Assembly: GCA_038231135.1 (NCBI GenBank)
Contig: JBBRLX010000009.1
Span: 1-64,000 of the forward strand
Direction: 5' to 3'
From: Candidatus Eiseniibacteriota bacterium
Lineage (GTDB): Bacteria > Eisenbacteria > RBG-16-71-46
DNA length: 64,000 bases
Shown here: positions 1-11,180 of the stretch, piece after piece
Layout of the letters: each line of letters starts with the position of its first letter
Numbering within the stretch: position 1 is the stretch's first letter
Notes under the pieces: generated by a model
What the model was told of the DNA's origin: nothing
Seen by the model: only the letters and a program-made list of their open reading frames with translations
The model's database searches: none
Program-made: the position numbers and the translations under genes

Positions 1-141
1 CAAGAGCTGGCGACTGAGAGAAGCCGCCACCCGGGTTGCGAGGAGGACAACCCAGACCTAACTTCCCATCGTTCCGCCGCCGACCGGGGTGGAGGACTTT
101 GACCCGGCCACAGGTGGAGGACTTTGAGGTGGCCACCGGGG
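1..141 (+). mobile_element. Right end of an IS21-family insertion sequence (partial at window edge)
   Basis: IstB-like C-terminus, followed by two direct repeats GGTGGAGGACTTTGA (88-102 and 113-127, 25-bp period) and a terminal GGTGGCCACCGGGG (128-141). Multiple subterminal repeats are typical of IS21 ends. Confidence 0.7.
2..61 (+). CDS. istB: C-terminus of IstB-like ATP-binding helper protein (partial)
   Basis: Frame 2 reads KSWRLREAATRVARRTTQT*, matching the IstB C-terminal G-x-S-[YW]-R-L motif, directly upstream of the IS-end repeats. Confidence 0.6.
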   Translation, partial: KSWRLREAATRVARRTTQT

Positions 142-186
142 ATGTGGCGCTACTTCGGCGACCCCTGGGCTCGGATCGTCCCGTGA

Positions 187-539
187 TTACCGAAATGTGA
201 GAGGAGCCTGTAAGAGAGGTTCGTTCGCGCGTACGAGTACATACGGCAGTGGGGTTCCATCCTCCCCGGAGAGCGCGACCATCACGTGAGTCTTCTCGTA
301 CTTCTCCACGCCTGCGATCCCAATTCCCGGCATTATCTGCCCGAAAATCGCCGTGAACTGGACGCGTTTGTCTTCGAAGTCATGTGCCATCGCGGGACCA
401 GAGACCTGTCGCGGGGTCACTTCAGCGCAGGTAATTGGGGCCGCAGCTACTTCCGGTGCTTTCACGACGGTGCGGTTACTCGAACAGCCCAACAGCGGCA
501 TCGCGACAGACAAATCAAGACCAACCGTGGACGAAGCAC
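187..539 (-). pseudogene. Putative lipoprotein, frameshifted in its signal peptide
   Basis: RBS AAGGAGG (550-544) precedes GTG at 539, giving MLRPRLVLICL. The lipobox-bearing frame (AMPLLGC-SSNRT..., ORF 187-513) is one base out of register near 505. Confidence 0.45.
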
Positions 540-865
540 GGATCCTCCTTTGCAGGCGGCCTCACAACGGAGCGTGAATCGAGAAACGACCCGACCCTAT
601 CACCGAGAGGGATTACATGTCGCCTGTCCATTGGAGGGAAACGCGGGATCTGGCCACCCTCTCCCCGGATCCTGCGTTGGCGTGCTGCGCATGCTGGTAG
701 GGCGCCGGATCGCCAGCACCGGCTTTCCACACACCCTCGATCGCCGGCGCGGCCGGGCTCGCGTCGATGTCGGGCTCTCTGTCATAATCCCGCGGATTTG
801 GCAGGCCTCCCGCATCCGACGTCACCTCATACGCGAACGCGTCGCGCGCGCCGCGGAAAGGCATC

Positions 866-2395
866 ATGAACCCAAAGCTCGATCCCCTCAAGGCCCGCCT
901 GCTCGAGATCTACGACCTGAGCATGGCGAATTCGCTGCTGCAATGGGACCAGGCCACCTACATGCCGTCCGGCGGCGCGGCAGCGCGGGGCCGGCAGACG
1001 GCGCTGCTGGGCAAGCTCGCGCACGAGCGGCTCACCGACCCCGAGATCGGCCGGCTGCTCGACGCGCTCGAACCATGGGCGGCGCAGCAGCCGTTCGAGT
1101 CGGACGACGCGGCGCTGGTGCGCGTGACGCGGCGCGAGTACGACCAGGCGGTCAAGGTGCCGTCCGATCTGGTGTCGCGGATGAACAGCCACAGCGCCGA
1201 GTCCTACCAGGCCTGGACGGTGGCCCGGCCGAACAACGATTTCGCCACGATGCGGCCGTATCTGGAGACGACGCTCGAGCTGAGCCGCGAGCTCGCGAAC
1301 TGCTTCCCGGGCTACGAGCACATCGCCGACCCGCTGATCAACTACTCCGACTACGGCATGAAGGCCTCGACGGTGCGCACGCTGTTCTCGCAGCTCCGCG
1401 CCCGCCTCGTGCCGATCGTGCAGGCGATCACGAGCCGGCCGGCCGCGGACTCGCGCTGCCTGCAGCAGTCGGTGCCCGAGGCGGACCAGCTCGCGTTCGG
1501 CGTCGGCGTCATCAAGGCGTTCGGCTACGATTTCGAGCGCGGCCGGCAGGACAAGACGCACCACCCGTTCATGACCAAGTTCTCGCTGGGCGACGTGCGC
1601 ATCACCACGCGCGTGCGCGACAACGACATCACCGATGCGCTGTTCAGCACGCTGCACGAGGCCGGCCACGCGATGTACGAGCAGGGCATCCGCATGGAGC
1701 TCGAGGGCACGCCGCTCGCGAACGGCACGTCATCCGGCGTGCACGAGAGCCAGTCGCGGCTCTGGGAGAATCTCGTCGGCCGCAGCCGCGGGTTCTGGAC
1801 GCACTTCTATACGCAGCTCCAGGCGTCGTTCCCGGAGCAGCTCGGCACGGTGCCGGTGGACACGTTCTACCGCGCGATCAACAAGGTCGAGCGCTCGCTG
1901 ATCCGCACCGATTCCGACGAGGTCACGTACAACCTCCACGTGATGCTGCGGTTCGACCTCGAGCTGGACCTGCTCGAGGGCAAGCTGGCGGTGAAGGACC
2001 TGGCCGGCGCGTGGCGCGAGCGGTTCCAGCGCGACATCGGCATCCCGGTGCCGGACGACAAGGATGGCGTGCTGCAGGACGTCCATTGGTACGGCGGCAT
2101 GATCGGCGGCGCGTTTCAGGGCTATACGCTCGGCAACATCCTGAGCGCCCAGATCCATCAGGCCGCCGTCGAGGCGCACCCCGGCATTCCGAGGGACGTG
2201 GAGCAGGGCCGGTTCGACGTGCTGCACGGCTGGCTGCGCGACAATGTCTACCAGCACGGGGCCAAGTTCACCGCGTCCGAGCTGATCGAGCGCGTGACGG
2301 GATCGCCGATGTCGATCGAGCCCTACCTCCAGTACCTGTGGAACAAGTATCAGCCGCTCTACGACCTGCAGGATGCGACGGTGGCCGCGTCGTGA
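866..2395 (+). CDS. Carboxypeptidase Taq, peptidase family M32
   Basis: 509 aa. Motifs LLQWDQATYMP, HPF, DVRITTR, HEAGH (HExxH), HESQSR, IRTDSDE and GVLQDVHW. Confidence 0.95.
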   Translation: MNPKLDPLKARLLEIYDLSMANSLLQWDQATYMPSGGAAARGRQTALLGKLAHERLTDPEIGRLLDALEPWAAQQPFESDDAALVRVTRREYDQAVKVPSDLVSRMNSHSAESYQAWTVARPNNDFATMRPYLETTLELSRELANCFPGYEHIADPLINYSDYGMKASTVRTLFSQLRARLVPIVQAITSRPAADSRCLQQSVPEADQLAFGVGVIKAFGYDFERGRQDKTHHPFMTKFSLGDVRITTRVRDNDITDALFSTLHEAGHAMYEQGIRMELEGTPLANGTSSGVHESQSRLWENLVGRSRGFWTHFYTQLQASFPEQLGTVPVDTFYRAINKVERSLIRTDSDEVTYNLHVMLRFDLELDLLEGKLAVKDLAGAWRERFQRDIGIPVPDDKDGVLQDVHWYGGMIGGAFQGYTLGNILSAQIHQAAVEAHPGIPRDVEQGRFDVLHGWLRDNVYQHGAKFTASELIERVTGSPMSIEPYLQYLWNKYQPLYDLQDATVAAS

Positions 2396-3366
2396 GCGAA
2401 CCGATCCCGCGGCTCGAGATGCTGGCGAAGTTCGAGGTCCTCGCGGATCTCGAGAGCATCGTCGACGACCTCATGCGGCAGCACGAGGCCAAGCGCGAGC
2501 TGTGGTGGCCGAGCGATCTGTTCGGCGACGAGGAGGGTGGCCGCCCCGAGGCGCGCCCCGAGGCGGTGCGCGAGCGCGCGAAGGGCATGCCCGATCCGTG
2601 CCGCATCGCGATCGCGCTCAACATCATCACCGAGGAGGGGCTGCCGCACTTCCACCGGCTGCTGGCCGTGTATCTCGACGACGATTCGTTCTGGCGCCGC
2701 TGGAACAACCTGTGGACCGCCGAGGAGGACCGGCACGGCTCGGTGCTCCACGGCTACTGCCGCGAATCGCGGATCCTGCACGCGCGCAGCCTCGACCGCC
2801 TGCAGTTCGACTACATCCGCAACGGCTTTCATCCCGAGTGGGACCGCGATCCCTACCGGGTGTTCGTCTACACCACGCTGCAGGAGCGCGCGACCCAGAT
2901 GTCGCACGCCAACACCGGCACGCTGTGCGCCGAATACGAACCGCAGATCCATTACATCCTGTCGCGCATCGCCAGCGACGAGGCGCGGCACTACGCGTTC
3001 TACCGCCAGGTGTTCGCGGAGGTGCTGGCGCGCGATCCCGACCGGGCGCTCGACGCGGCGGCGCGCATCATGCCGAGCATCGACATGCCCGGGATCAGCA
3101 TGCCGGGATTCAAGGACTACGCCGACGTCGTGCGGCGCGCGGGCATCTATGGCCCGCGCGACTATCTCAAGATCGTCGACGAGCAGATCCGGTTCTGGCG
3201 CATCGATTCGCTGACCGGCCTCGGCGAGCTGGGCCGCAGGGCGCAGGAGAAGATCCTGTCGATCCCCACGCGGCTGCAGAAGGTCGCGGAGTACATCGAG
3301 AGCCGCAACACCGCGAAGACGTTCTCGTTCGAGCTGGTGTGGTCGCGCACGTTCGCCATGGAATGA
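2392..3366 (+). CDS. Soluble acyl-ACP desaturase (di-iron, ferritin-like)
   Basis: GTG start overlaps the upstream TGA (GTGA). Motifs ITEEGLPHFH, WTAEEDRHG, QERAT and DEARH (two ExxH di-iron sites). Confidence 0.9.
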   Translation: MSEPIPRLEMLAKFEVLADLESIVDDLMRQHEAKRELWWPSDLFGDEEGGRPEARPEAVRERAKGMPDPCRIAIALNIITEEGLPHFHRLLAVYLDDDSFWRRWNNLWTAEEDRHGSVLHGYCRESRILHARSLDRLQFDYIRNGFHPEWDRDPYRVFVYTTLQERATQMSHANTGTLCAEYEPQIHYILSRIASDEARHYAFYRQVFAEVLARDPDRALDAAARIMPSIDMPGISMPGFKDYADVVRRAGIYGPRDYLKIVDEQIRFWRIDSLTGLGELGRRAQEKILSIPTRLQKVAEYIESRNTAKTFSFELVWSRTFAME

Positions 3367-4601
3367 TGCCGCCCCACACCCGTGTCGTCGTCACCGGCCT
3401 CGGCGTGTGCGCCTCCGTCGGGAGCAGGGTCGAGAAATTCTGGACGGCGCTCCAGGGCGGCTGCTCCGGGATCGCGCCGATCACCCTGTTCGACGCGTCG
3501 GCGCTGCGCAGCCGGATCGCCGGCGAGGTGCTCGACTTCGACCCCGAATCACGGCTCGATGCGAAGACGCTGCGCCGCTCGGCGCGCTTCACCCAGCTCG
3601 CGCTGGTCGCGGCGCTGGAAGCCATCGAGCACGCCGCGGTGCCGCTCGACGGCCGCGACGACGTGGCGGTGGTCGTCGGCTCGGGCATCGGCGGGTTCGA
3701 CATGCTCGAACGCGAGCACCAGGTGTTCCTCGAGCGCGGCCCCGGCAAGTTCGCGCCGCTCACGGTGCCGATGATCATCCCCAACATGGCCGCCGGCATG
3801 ATCGCGATCGAGACCGGCTGCAAGGGGCCGAACCTGTGCGTCAGCACCGCGTGCGCGGCCGGCGCCCACAGCATCGGCACCGCGGTCGACCTGATCCGCT
3901 CCGGCCGCACCGCGGTGGCGCTGGCCGGTGGTGCCGAGTGCACGGTCTCGCCGTTCGCCGTCGACGGCTACTGCCAGCTCCGGGCGCTGTCCACGCGCAA
4001 CGACGATCCGCAGCGCGCATCGCGGCCGTTCAGCCTCGACCGCGACGGCTTCGTGATCGCCGAGGGCGCCGGGATCCTGGTGCTGGAATCGTACGACCAC
4101 GCCCGCGCCCGCGGCGCCACGATGTACGCCGAGGTCGCGGGCTATGGCCTGTCCTCGGACGGCCATCATCAGACCGCACCCGATCCGCGCGGCCTCGGCG
4201 CCGTGCGCGCCATGCGCGGCGCGCTGCTCGACGCGGGGATCACCGCGGCCGACGTCGACCTGATCAACGCGCACGGCACCTCGACGCCGCTCAACGACGC
4301 CACCGAGACGCAGGCGATCAAGGACGTATTCGGCGAGCACGCGTACCGGATTCCGGTGCAGGCGACCAAGTCGATGACCGGGCACTCGCTCGGCGCCTCG
4401 CCGGCGATCGAGGCCGTCGCGTCGGTGCTCGCGATCCGCGACGGCGTGATCCACCCCACGATCAACCTGTACCAGCCCGACCCCGCATGTGACCTGGACT
4501 ATGTGCCGAACGTAGCCCGGCGCGCCCCGGTGAACATCGTCATGTCGAATTCGTTCGGCTTCGGCGGGCACAACGGGGTGCTGGTGTTCCGGGCGATGTA
4601 G
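3363..4601 (+). CDS. fabF: Beta-ketoacyl-ACP synthase II
   Basis: ATGA overlap with the upstream gene. Motifs RVVVTGLG, STACAAG (catalytic Cys), NAHGTST, KSMTGH and SNSFGFGGHN. Confidence 0.93.
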   Translation: MMPPHTRVVVTGLGVCASVGSRVEKFWTALQGGCSGIAPITLFDASALRSRIAGEVLDFDPESRLDAKTLRRSARFTQLALVAALEAIEHAAVPLDGRDDVAVVVGSGIGGFDMLEREHQVFLERGPGKFAPLTVPMIIPNMAAGMIAIETGCKGPNLCVSTACAAGAHSIGTAVDLIRSGRTAVALAGGAECTVSPFAVDGYCQLRALSTRNDDPQRASRPFSLDRDGFVIAEGAGILVLESYDHARARGATMYAEVAGYGLSSDGHHQTAPDPRGLGAVRAMRGALLDAGITAADVDLINAHGTSTPLNDATETQAIKDVFGEHAYRIPVQATKSMTGHSLGASPAIEAVASVLAIRDGVIHPTINLYQPDPACDLDYVPNVARRAPVNIVMSNSFGFGGHNGVLVFRAM

Positions 4602-4614
4602 CGTGAAGCGCCCC

Positions 4615-5070
4615 CTACCCCCGCCGCGCCGCCAGCCGACGCTTCACCTCGTGCTGCACGAGGTCGAGCATGCCGAGCAGGCCCTGGCCCTTGCCCATCG
4701 ACAGGTCGCGGCCGAAGATGCGGAAGATCGCGTCGCCGGGCTGGCTCGCGATCTCTGTGAGCGGCCGTCCGGACAGCGTCTCGCCGAGGATCACGGCCCA
4801 CGCCTTGGCCGACAGCCCCTGCGGGTTCTCGACCGCGAAATGGAACGCGAGCGTGCCGTCCGGCTGGTCCACGGCCCACACGTACGCGTCCGATTCGCAG
4901 CGCGGCGCGCGGTTCGCCTCGGCGAACGGACGGGTCGCGACCGCGGGCGGCACCTCGACGAACCGGTCGGCGTAGTCGATCAGCATCTCGGCGCGCTCGT
5001 TCCGGTCGTAGTCCTCGAACTCGCGCGCCAGCGCTTCGAGCGGCGCCTCGGGCGGCGCGCCGCCCGTCAC
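4615..5070 (-). CDS. sufE: SufE-family sulfur acceptor protein
   Basis: GTG at 5070 overlaps the stop of the sulfurtransferase. Motifs [20 protein letters not shown] (conserved Cys) and LSMGKGQGL. Confidence 0.8.
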   Translation of the reverse strand: MTGGAPPEAPLEALAREFEDYDRNERAEMLIDYADRFVEVPPAVATRPFAEANRAPRCESDAYVWAVDQPDGTLAFHFAVENPQGLSAKAWAVILGETLSGRPLTEIASQPGDAIFRIFGRDLSMGKGQGLLGMLDLVQHEVKRRLAARRG

Positions 5071-5942
5071 TTCTCGATCGGCAGACCCACCGAGTTGCCC
5101 CATTCGGTCCAGCTCCCGTCGTAGTTGCGCACCTTGGAATAGCCGAGCAGGTACGTGAGCACGAACCACGTCAGGCTCGACCGCTCGCCGATGCGGCAAT
5201 AGGCGATGACGTCGTCCTTGGGCGACAGCCCCTGCTCCTGCTCGTAGATCGCGCGCAGGTCCGCGGCGCTCTTGAACGAGCCGTCCTCCGGGTTCGCGGC
5301 GCGCGCCCACGGCACGCTCTTCGCGCCGGGAATGTGGCCACCGCGGAGGACGCCCTCCTGCGGATACTCGGGCATGTGGGTGCGCTCGCCGGAGTACTCC
5401 TGCGGGCTGCGCACGTCGACCAGCGGCCGCTTCGCCGTCATGTGCTCGAGCACCTGGTCGCGGAACGCGCGGATCTTCTTGTCGTCGCGATCCGGGGCGT
5501 CGTAGGAGGTCGCGGCGTACTGCGGCACGTCGCGCGTGAGCGGGCGCTTCTCCTTCTCCCACTTGAGCCGGCCGCCATCCATCACCTTGGCGTTCGTGTG
5601 GCCGAACAGCTGGAAGATCCAGAACGCGTAGCACGCCCACCAGTTGTTCTTGTCGCCGTAGAACACCACCGTGGTGTCGCGCGTCGCGCCAATGCGGGAC
5701 ATGAGCCGGTTGAATCCGGCGCGGTCGAGATAGTCGCGCCGCACGGGATCGTTGAGGTCGGCCGTCCAGTCCACCTGCACCGCCCCGGCGATGTGGCCCG
5801 AGGGGTAGAGCAGCATGTCCTCGTTCGATTCGACGATGCGGATTCCGGGGTCGCTCGCGTGCGCCGCAACCCAGTCCGTCGTCACCAGCACTTCGGGGTG
5901 CACGTAACCACGGCTCTCGATTTCGTTCATGACCTGGGGCAT
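5067..5942 (-). CDS. Thiosulfate/3-mercaptopyruvate sulfurtransferase (tandem rhodanese, SseA/CysA-like)
   Basis: RBS GAGGAG before ATG at 5942. Motifs GHIAGA, GHIPGA, active site YCRIGERS and YDGSWTEW. Confidence 0.93.
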   Translation of the reverse strand: MPQVMNEIESRGYVHPEVLVTTDWVAAHASDPGIRIVESNEDMLLYPSGHIAGAVQVDWTADLNDPVRRDYLDRAGFNRLMSRIGATRDTTVVFYGDKNNWWACYAFWIFQLFGHTNAKVMDGGRLKWEKEKRPLTRDVPQYAATSYDAPDRDDKKIRAFRDQVLEHMTAKRPLVDVRSPQEYSGERTHMPEYPQEGVLRGGHIPGAKSVPWARAANPEDGSFKSAADLRAIYEQEQGLSPKDDVIAYCRIGERSSLTWFVLTYLLGYSKVRNYDGSWTEWGNSVGLPIEK

Positions 5943-6126
5943 GGCAGCTCTCCTCGCGCGGCGCGTCCTGTTGGGACGATTGGAATGTGGCCAGCAGGAC
6001 GGCAGCATAGCACTCCGCTCTGCCGCCGCTCGACTGCCCTGGCACCTCACGGTACCCGGGCGCCCGCGGGCCGTCCCCCTCTTACGAGAACGGACCCGCC
6101 AGGCACCCCGCCGCCCGCAGGCGGCG

Positions 6127-9100
6127 CTACAGTCGCACCAGCCGGCGCGTGAACTCGGTGCCGTTCACCCGCACCCGCGCGAGATAGACGCCGGCGCGCG
6201 CCCGGACCCCCCCGCGGTCGATGCCATCCCAGCGCAGACTCGTGCGGCCCGCTCCCATGGTTCGATCCTCGGACCACAGCATGCGGCCCGCGAGATCGAA
6301 CACCGCCCACGCCACGCGCGCGTCCTGCGGCAGGTCGAGCGCGAAGTCGACGGTCGCGTCGGACGGATTCGGGAACCCGGGTGACAGCGCGAGCGTGGCC
6401 GGGATGCCGTCCATCGGCTGCTGGCTGTCGAATCCGCCCTTCGACTTCACGTGGATGTTCGTGCTGACGGTCGAACTGAGCTTGTTCGCGGCGTGGAACA
6501 TCAGCTTGAAGTTGCCGGCGAATCCGCCCAGCGGCCAGGTCAGCGTGCCGCCGGTGCGGGTGGCGTTCGCGACGAACACCGCTCCGCTGTTCGCCGGCAT
6601 GTGGAACGGTTGCATATCTAGCTGCTGGATGGCGTCGCCGTCGGGATCCTGGGCCGTCACGCGGATCGTCAGGATCGAGCCGGGCGCCGCGAACAGATTG
6701 TTCGGCGCGCTCAGCTCCGGCGCGCGGTCCACGTTGCTCACGTGGATCAGCATGGCAGCGCTGCCCGTCCGCGCATTCGCGGCGTGGAACCGCACCACGT
6801 AGCTGCCGGAGTCGTCGTAGGTCGGCGTCCAGCGGAATGTGCCCGCAGTGTCCGCGCCGTCGACGGAGAACCGGGCGTCGCTGCCTTTCGGTAATCCCGA
6901 TACATCCGCGGTCAACGAAGCGATCACTTGCGAATCCGGGTCGAACGCCGAGACGTGAACCGCCAGACCGTGCGCCTCATCCACCTGCATCCGCGATGCC
7001 ACGGTCACGATCGGGGTCCGATCGCCCCTCGGCAGCGCCACCACGGGGAACGCCGCCGAACCGGTGAGGCCGCTGTTGTCTTTCACGGTGACGTGCGGGG
7101 TCCACGCCCCGGTGCCGTAGGTGTGCGTCGCGCTCGGCGAGGTCTGCGGTCCCGCCCCCGTGCCGTCGCCGAAATCAAACGTGTAGGACACGATCGAGCC
7201 ATCGAAGTCATGCGACAGCGAAGCGTCGAGCGTCGCCGCCAGCGGGGCGAACCCCAGCGCGGGCTTCGCGGTCAGCACCGCGAGCGGCGGAATCCCGCCC
7301 AGCTTCGCCGCGATCACGAGCGCTCCGGCCAGCGCCACGTGTCCGTCGTTGTCGGTGACCGTGACCTGCGGTTTCCAGGTGCCGGCCGCATACGTATGAG
7401 TGGCGGTTGGCTGGGCCTGGGCGGGCAGCACGGTCCCGTCGCCGAAATCGAACCGATACGACACTATGCGCCCGTCGAAGTCGCGGGACTCCGAGGCGTC
7501 GGCGACCACGGCGAGCGGCGCGGCCCCGAGCGGCGGCCTGACTCTCAGCTCCGCGAGCGGCGGCAGGACGCCGCCGCCGGTGGACGGCGCGTACTCGAGC
7601 GCGCCGATGTCCGAGTAGCCCACGGCGCCCGCGCCGCGGTTGGGAGTCGCGGGATCGTCGACTCGCGTGTGGCCTTCGGCATCGAGCGCCGGCCACCCCA
7701 CCGGCGCCGAGCTGCCGGCGTCGATCGCCGGCGAGCCCGCGAGCAGGTGAAAGTCGCCGGGCGCGGCATTCACGAACCGGGGCTCGGCCTGGACGCCGTG
7801 CGCCTCCTGGCCGGTGACGGCGTTGAATGCGGCCATGGTCGCATACTGTGTGGTGACGAACTTGATCGGCACCTGCGCCGTGTGATTCCAGATCAGGTTG
7901 TAATCCGACGCAAATCCCACGGACGATGCGCCGTCCACCCACAGCCCGAATTCGTTCGTCGCGAGGCCATTGTCGACGGCGATGCAGTCGTGCACCTGGC
8001 CGCCCGGCGAATTGCCCTCGAACGAGAATCCATCGTTCACATTACCGTAGGCGACATCGCAGACGTGCGCGACGTTCGCCGAGGTCAAGTGGTCGAACCC
8101 GTGGTCGCCGTTGTTCCACGACCGGTTCAGCACACTGACGCAGCCGTTCGAACCCGCGGTGAACTGCAGGCCGGTGTCCTGGTTGTCGTGGAGCAGGTTG
8201 CGCTCGATGCGGTTGCCGGGCGCGCCGAACAGGTTGATGCCGTTCGCGGCCCGCGCCGTGACACGCGCGTTCCGGTAGCATTCGTTGCCCGCGAGCGTGG
8301 ACCCGGTGGCTCCGTTGGTCAGCGCGATGCCGTGGTCGCCATTGTTGAACACGCGATTGCGCAGGATCGAGAAGTTGGACCCTCCCGCGACCTGGATGCC
8401 GTACAACCGGGAGGACGACACTGAATTCTCGCGGATCTCGCAGTTCGACGACAGGTTCGAGATCTCGATGGCCTTGTTGTCGCTGTGGCGCACATCGAAC
8501 CCGGCGAGGACCACGTACGACCGGCCGGAGATCGTGAATCCATACGGGCGATGGCCGACGAGCGTGCCGTGAGCCCCGGGATTGCCGCCGCCGGCGTTCA
8601 CGTAGAGGCCCAATCCCGGCACGTAGCGGAACGTGCGCGACGGCAGGCTGGACGCCGGCGTGAGCGTCGTGTCGATCGCGAGCCGCTGGCCGTCGGCGAA
8701 CACCTGACCCGGCGCCCACGCGACCGTCGTCGAGCGGAATACGTTGCCGGCGACGGTCGCCCACAGGCCGGTGCCGCCCAAGTCGTCCGAGCCCTCGACG
8801 ATGACGCCGGGGCCGCTGGCATGGACGACGAACGCGCTGCCCGCGACGCCCGAGGCACTCAGCGATACCTGTTCGCGATAGACCCCCGGCCGCACGGTTA
8901 CATCGGTGCCCGCTCCGCCATGCTGGCTCACGGCCGCCGAAATGGTGCGGTACGGGATGGCCTGGGTGCCCGGGCCCGCGTCGGTGGCGGCGGGATTCTG
9001 GTTGTCGACGTAGTAGCTCGCCGCGGCGGCGGCACCGGCGAGCGTCATCAGCATGGCGGGTGCGACAAAGGTCGCCAGGATAAAACTCCGTGCGACAGAG

Positions 9101-9156
9101 CTGCGGAGGTGTCGTGTTCCATGGGTGTTGAGGCGGCTGACGATGCGGGGATTCAC
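6127..9156 (-). CDS. Secreted right-handed beta-helix (pectin lyase-like) protein with 2 PKD domains, Ig-like domains and FlgD/T9SS-like C-terminal domain
   Basis: GGAGG RBS before GTG at 9156. Signal-like N-terminus, YYVDNQNP...[11 protein letters not shown]-rich PbH repeats, DFHL..GSPAID anchor-like segment, two 'SY.FDFGDG' PKD repeats, and a C-terminal PNP...WDG...GVYL domain. Confidence 0.8.
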   Translation of the reverse strand: MNPRIVSRLNTHGTRHLRSSVARSFILATFVAPAMLMTLAGAAAAASYYVDNQNPAATDAGPGTQAIPYRTISAAVSQHGGAGTDVTVRPGVYREQVSLSASGVAGSAFVVHASGPGVIVEGSDDLGGTGLWATVAGNVFRSTTVAWAPGQVFADGQRLAIDTTLTPASSLPSRTFRYVPGLGLYVNAGGGNPGAHGTLVGHRPYGFTISGRSYVVLAGFDVRHSDNKAIEISNLSSNCEIRENSVSSSRLYGIQVAGGSNFSILRNRVFNNGDHGIALTNGATGSTLAGNECYRNARVTARAANGINLFGAPGNRIERNLLHDNQDTGLQFTAGSNGCVSVLNRSWNNGDHGFDHLTSANVAHVCDVAYGNVNDGFSFEGNSPGGQVHDCIAVDNGLATNEFGLWVDGASSVGFASDYNLIWNHTAQVPIKFVTTQYATMAAFNAVTGQEAHGVQAEPRFVNAAPGDFHLLAGSPAIDAGSSAPVGWPALDAEGHTRVDDPATPNRGAGAVGYSDIGALEYAPSTGGGVLPPLAELRVRPPLGAAPLAVVADASESRDFDGRIVSYRFDFGDGTVLPAQAQPTATHTYAAGTWKPQVTVTDNDGHVALAGALVIAAKLGGIPPLAVLTAKPALGFAPLAATLDASLSHDFDGSIVSYTFDFGDGTGAGPQTSPSATHTYGTGAWTPHVTVKDNSGLTGSAAFPVVALPRGDRTPIVTVASRMQVDEAHGLAVHVSAFDPDSQVIASLTADVSGLPKGSDARFSVDGADTAGTFRWTPTYDDSGSYVVRFHAANARTGSAAMLIHVSNVDRAPELSAPNNLFAAPGSILTIRVTAQDPDGDAIQQLDMQPFHMPANSGAVFVANATRTGGTLTWPLGGFAGNFKLMFHAANKLSSTVSTNIHVKSKGGFDSQQPMDGIPATLALSPGFPNPSDATVDFALDLPQDARVAWAVFDLAGRMLWSEDRTMGAGRTSLRWDGIDRGGVRARAGVYLARVRVNGTEFTRRLVRL

Positions 9157-9273
9157 GGCGTCCTCCAGGATGGGCGACCCCGGCGATCCGAGCTGGCGGG
9201 CTGCGGTCTTCGTGGCTGGGGGTAGGGAGCACCGCGCTTGCGATGCCCGAGCCGAGGGGTTGGCTCCGCCTTG

Positions 9274-9288
9274 GCATTCGTCGTGCCA
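9274..9288 (-). promoter_or_regulatory. Sigma54 -24/-12 promoter
   Basis: Minus strand reads TGGCACGACGAATGC (GG-N10-GC), about 120 bp upstream of the start at 9156. Confidence 0.6.
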
Positions 9289-9404
9289 TCGCCGAATACT
9301 CCGCAAATGACGGCGTAGCCACGCGGCGCCGCGTCCGAGAGGACGCACGTTTGTAACTCCTGCCGGAGCAAGGAGCTTCTGACGCAGCCGGAGGAGCCCG
9401 CGGG

Positions 9405-11180
9405 CTAGTTCTGGAGTTTGACGATGCCGATGGCGACGAGGATCGGGATCAGCACCGCGATGATCGCCTCGCCGGCGATGAATCCGGACGCGACCGGGGT
9501 CACGTTGCTGTCGTAGGAGCGCCGCGCGAGCTTCTTCCAGATCTCGCCCGCCGTGCCGCCGAGGAACATGGTGAGGATCGCGCTGCCCGGCACCAGCATG
9601 CCGATGCCCATGCCGGTCGGCGACGGCACCCAGTTGCGGTGGCGGGTGTTCTCGAGCAGCGTGAGCACGACGCCCACGCCGACTCCCACCAGCAGCGCCG
9701 TCACGGCGCCGTGCGGCAGCGCCGACAGACCCTGCGAGAGGATGCGCGCGAAGCCGGCGAAGCGCTGGGAGATGGGTGACTGGAGGCCGTGGTCGCCGCC
9801 GATGCCGTAGGTGTTGCGCAGCAGCGGATAGACGTACGACACGGTGGCCGCGCCGATCGGGACCGCGAACAACTGGGCGTAGGTGAGGTACCGGGGCGTG
9901 CTGCCGATCATGTCGCCGGTCTTGTAGTCCTGCATCAGCCCCTCGGACTGGGTCGCCACCGAACCGGTGACGCCGCTCGACACCAGGTTCGGCAGGATCT
10001 GCCCGGGCGCCAGCACGCCGAAGATGCCCTGCATCATGTTCGACAGCGTGCTGATCGGGCCCCAGTTCGTCTCGCCCAGCACGCGGATGCCGACGAGCAT
10101 CAGGGGGATCGAGAACACGATCGCTGCGAACGTGAGCCACGGCGACATTCCGAGACACACCTTCTGCACCACGATCAGTGCCACCGCGCTCGCGATCGAG
10201 CCCCAGATCACCCAGCGCATCGGGAAGTCGCCGCTGCTGATCGAGGCGCCCGACAGATTCTGGAACGTCTTGATCAGCACCCGCCAGCGCAGCACCAGCG
10301 CCGTGAGTCCGCCCGCGACCAGGATGCCGGTGGCCGGCCACATCACCCACAGCAGCATCTCGCGGCGTGCCATGTGCGCGACGAGCCCGTTCTGGAGCAG
10401 CAGCGGCGGCAACATCACCCAGCCGATGATCATGCCGATCACCATGCTGGTGTTGATGCGCATGCCGACGAGCATGCCCGACCCCGCAGACAGCAGGCTC
10501 CAGCTGACGCCAACGTTCATGAGCGCGCCGTTCGCGCCCACCGCGAGCATCTCGGGAATGCGATACCACGCCTGGCCGATCAGCCGGGCGTCCTCGCGGA
10601 ACGCGAACGTGACCGCCGAGACCAGGCCGCTCACCGCCATCGACCGTGCCGCGCCGCGCGATTCCTTGCCGTGCGAATCGAGCACGATCAGCGTCTCGCC
10701 GGCGGCGACGCCGTCGGCGAACGTGAGCTTCTCGTCGATCACGAAGTGCTGGCGCATCGGCACCGACAGCAGCACGCCGAGGATGCCGGCGGTGGTGAGC
10801 CACAGGAACGACTGCAGCGGCGTGAGCGTGAACGCGAAATGCGCGGCGGGGTCCTGGTGCAGCAGGTCGAACGCCGCCATCAGCACGCACAGGAACGCCG
10901 TCTGGCCCGCCGAAGTGCCGGCGGTCTGGACGATGTTGTTCTCCCAGCGATTGAAATCGCGGAAGATCAGCCCCAGTGCCAGGTAGCCGAAGAACGCCGA
11001 CACCACCGAGATGTTGGGCCCGAAGCCGAGCTTGAGCACGATATAGGGATAGGAGCCGCCAATCACGGCCGCCACCAGCATCGCCACGATCACGGCCCGC
11101 CAGGTGAACTCGCGCGCGCCCGCGGGACGGAGCTGTTTCTCGTGCGATTCGGAGGCGTGATCGGCAGCCATCGCGGTCAT
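9405..11180 (-). CDS. OPT/YSL-family oligopeptide transporter
   Basis: 591 aa, polytopic. Motifs EFTWRA, LKLGFGP, ENNIVQT, GETNWGPI and LMQDYKTG. Confidence 0.9.
   Translation of the reverse strand: MTAMAADHASESHEKQLRPAGAREFTWRAVIVAMLVAAVIGGSYPYIVLKLGFGPNISVVSAFFGYLALGLIFRDFNRWENNIVQTAGTSAGQTAFLCVLMAAFDLLHQDPAAHFAFTLTPLQSFLWLTTAGILGVLLSVPMRQHFVIDEKLTFADGVAAGETLIVLDSHGKESRGAARSMAVSGLVSAVTFAFREDARLIGQAWYRIPEMLAVGANGALMNVGVSWSLLSAGSGMLVGMRINTSMVIGMIIGWVMLPPLLLQNGLVAHMARREMLLWVMWPATGILVAGGLTALVLRWRVLIKTFQNLSGASISSGDFPMRWVIWGSIASAVALIVVQKVCLGMSPWLTFAAIVFSIPLMLVGIRVLGETNWGPISTLSNMMQGIFGVLAPGQILPNLVSSGVTGSVATQSEGLMQDYKTGDMIGSTPRYLTYAQLFAVPIGAATVSYVYPLLRNTYGIGGDHGLQSPISQRFAGFARILSQGLSALPHGAVTALLVGVGVGVVLTLLENTRHRNWVPSPTGMGIGMLVPGSAILTMFLGGTAGEIWKKLARRSYDSNVTPVASGFIAGEAIIAVLIPILVAIGIVKLQN

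Noticed and set aside
560..860. Possible structured RNA or riboswitch (hairpin near 640-678)
   Set aside because: No recognisable riboswitch, tRNA or other ncRNA consensus, and hairpins are expected by chance at this GC content.
286..2391. N-terminal extension of the 1026-aa ORF 286-3366 (likewise the extensions of ORFs 2373-4601, 6127-10890 and 61131-63917)
   Set aside because: Arg/Ala/Gly-rich off-frame read-through overlapping real genes in high-GC DNA. The true starts are downstream, at RBSs or stop-start overlaps.
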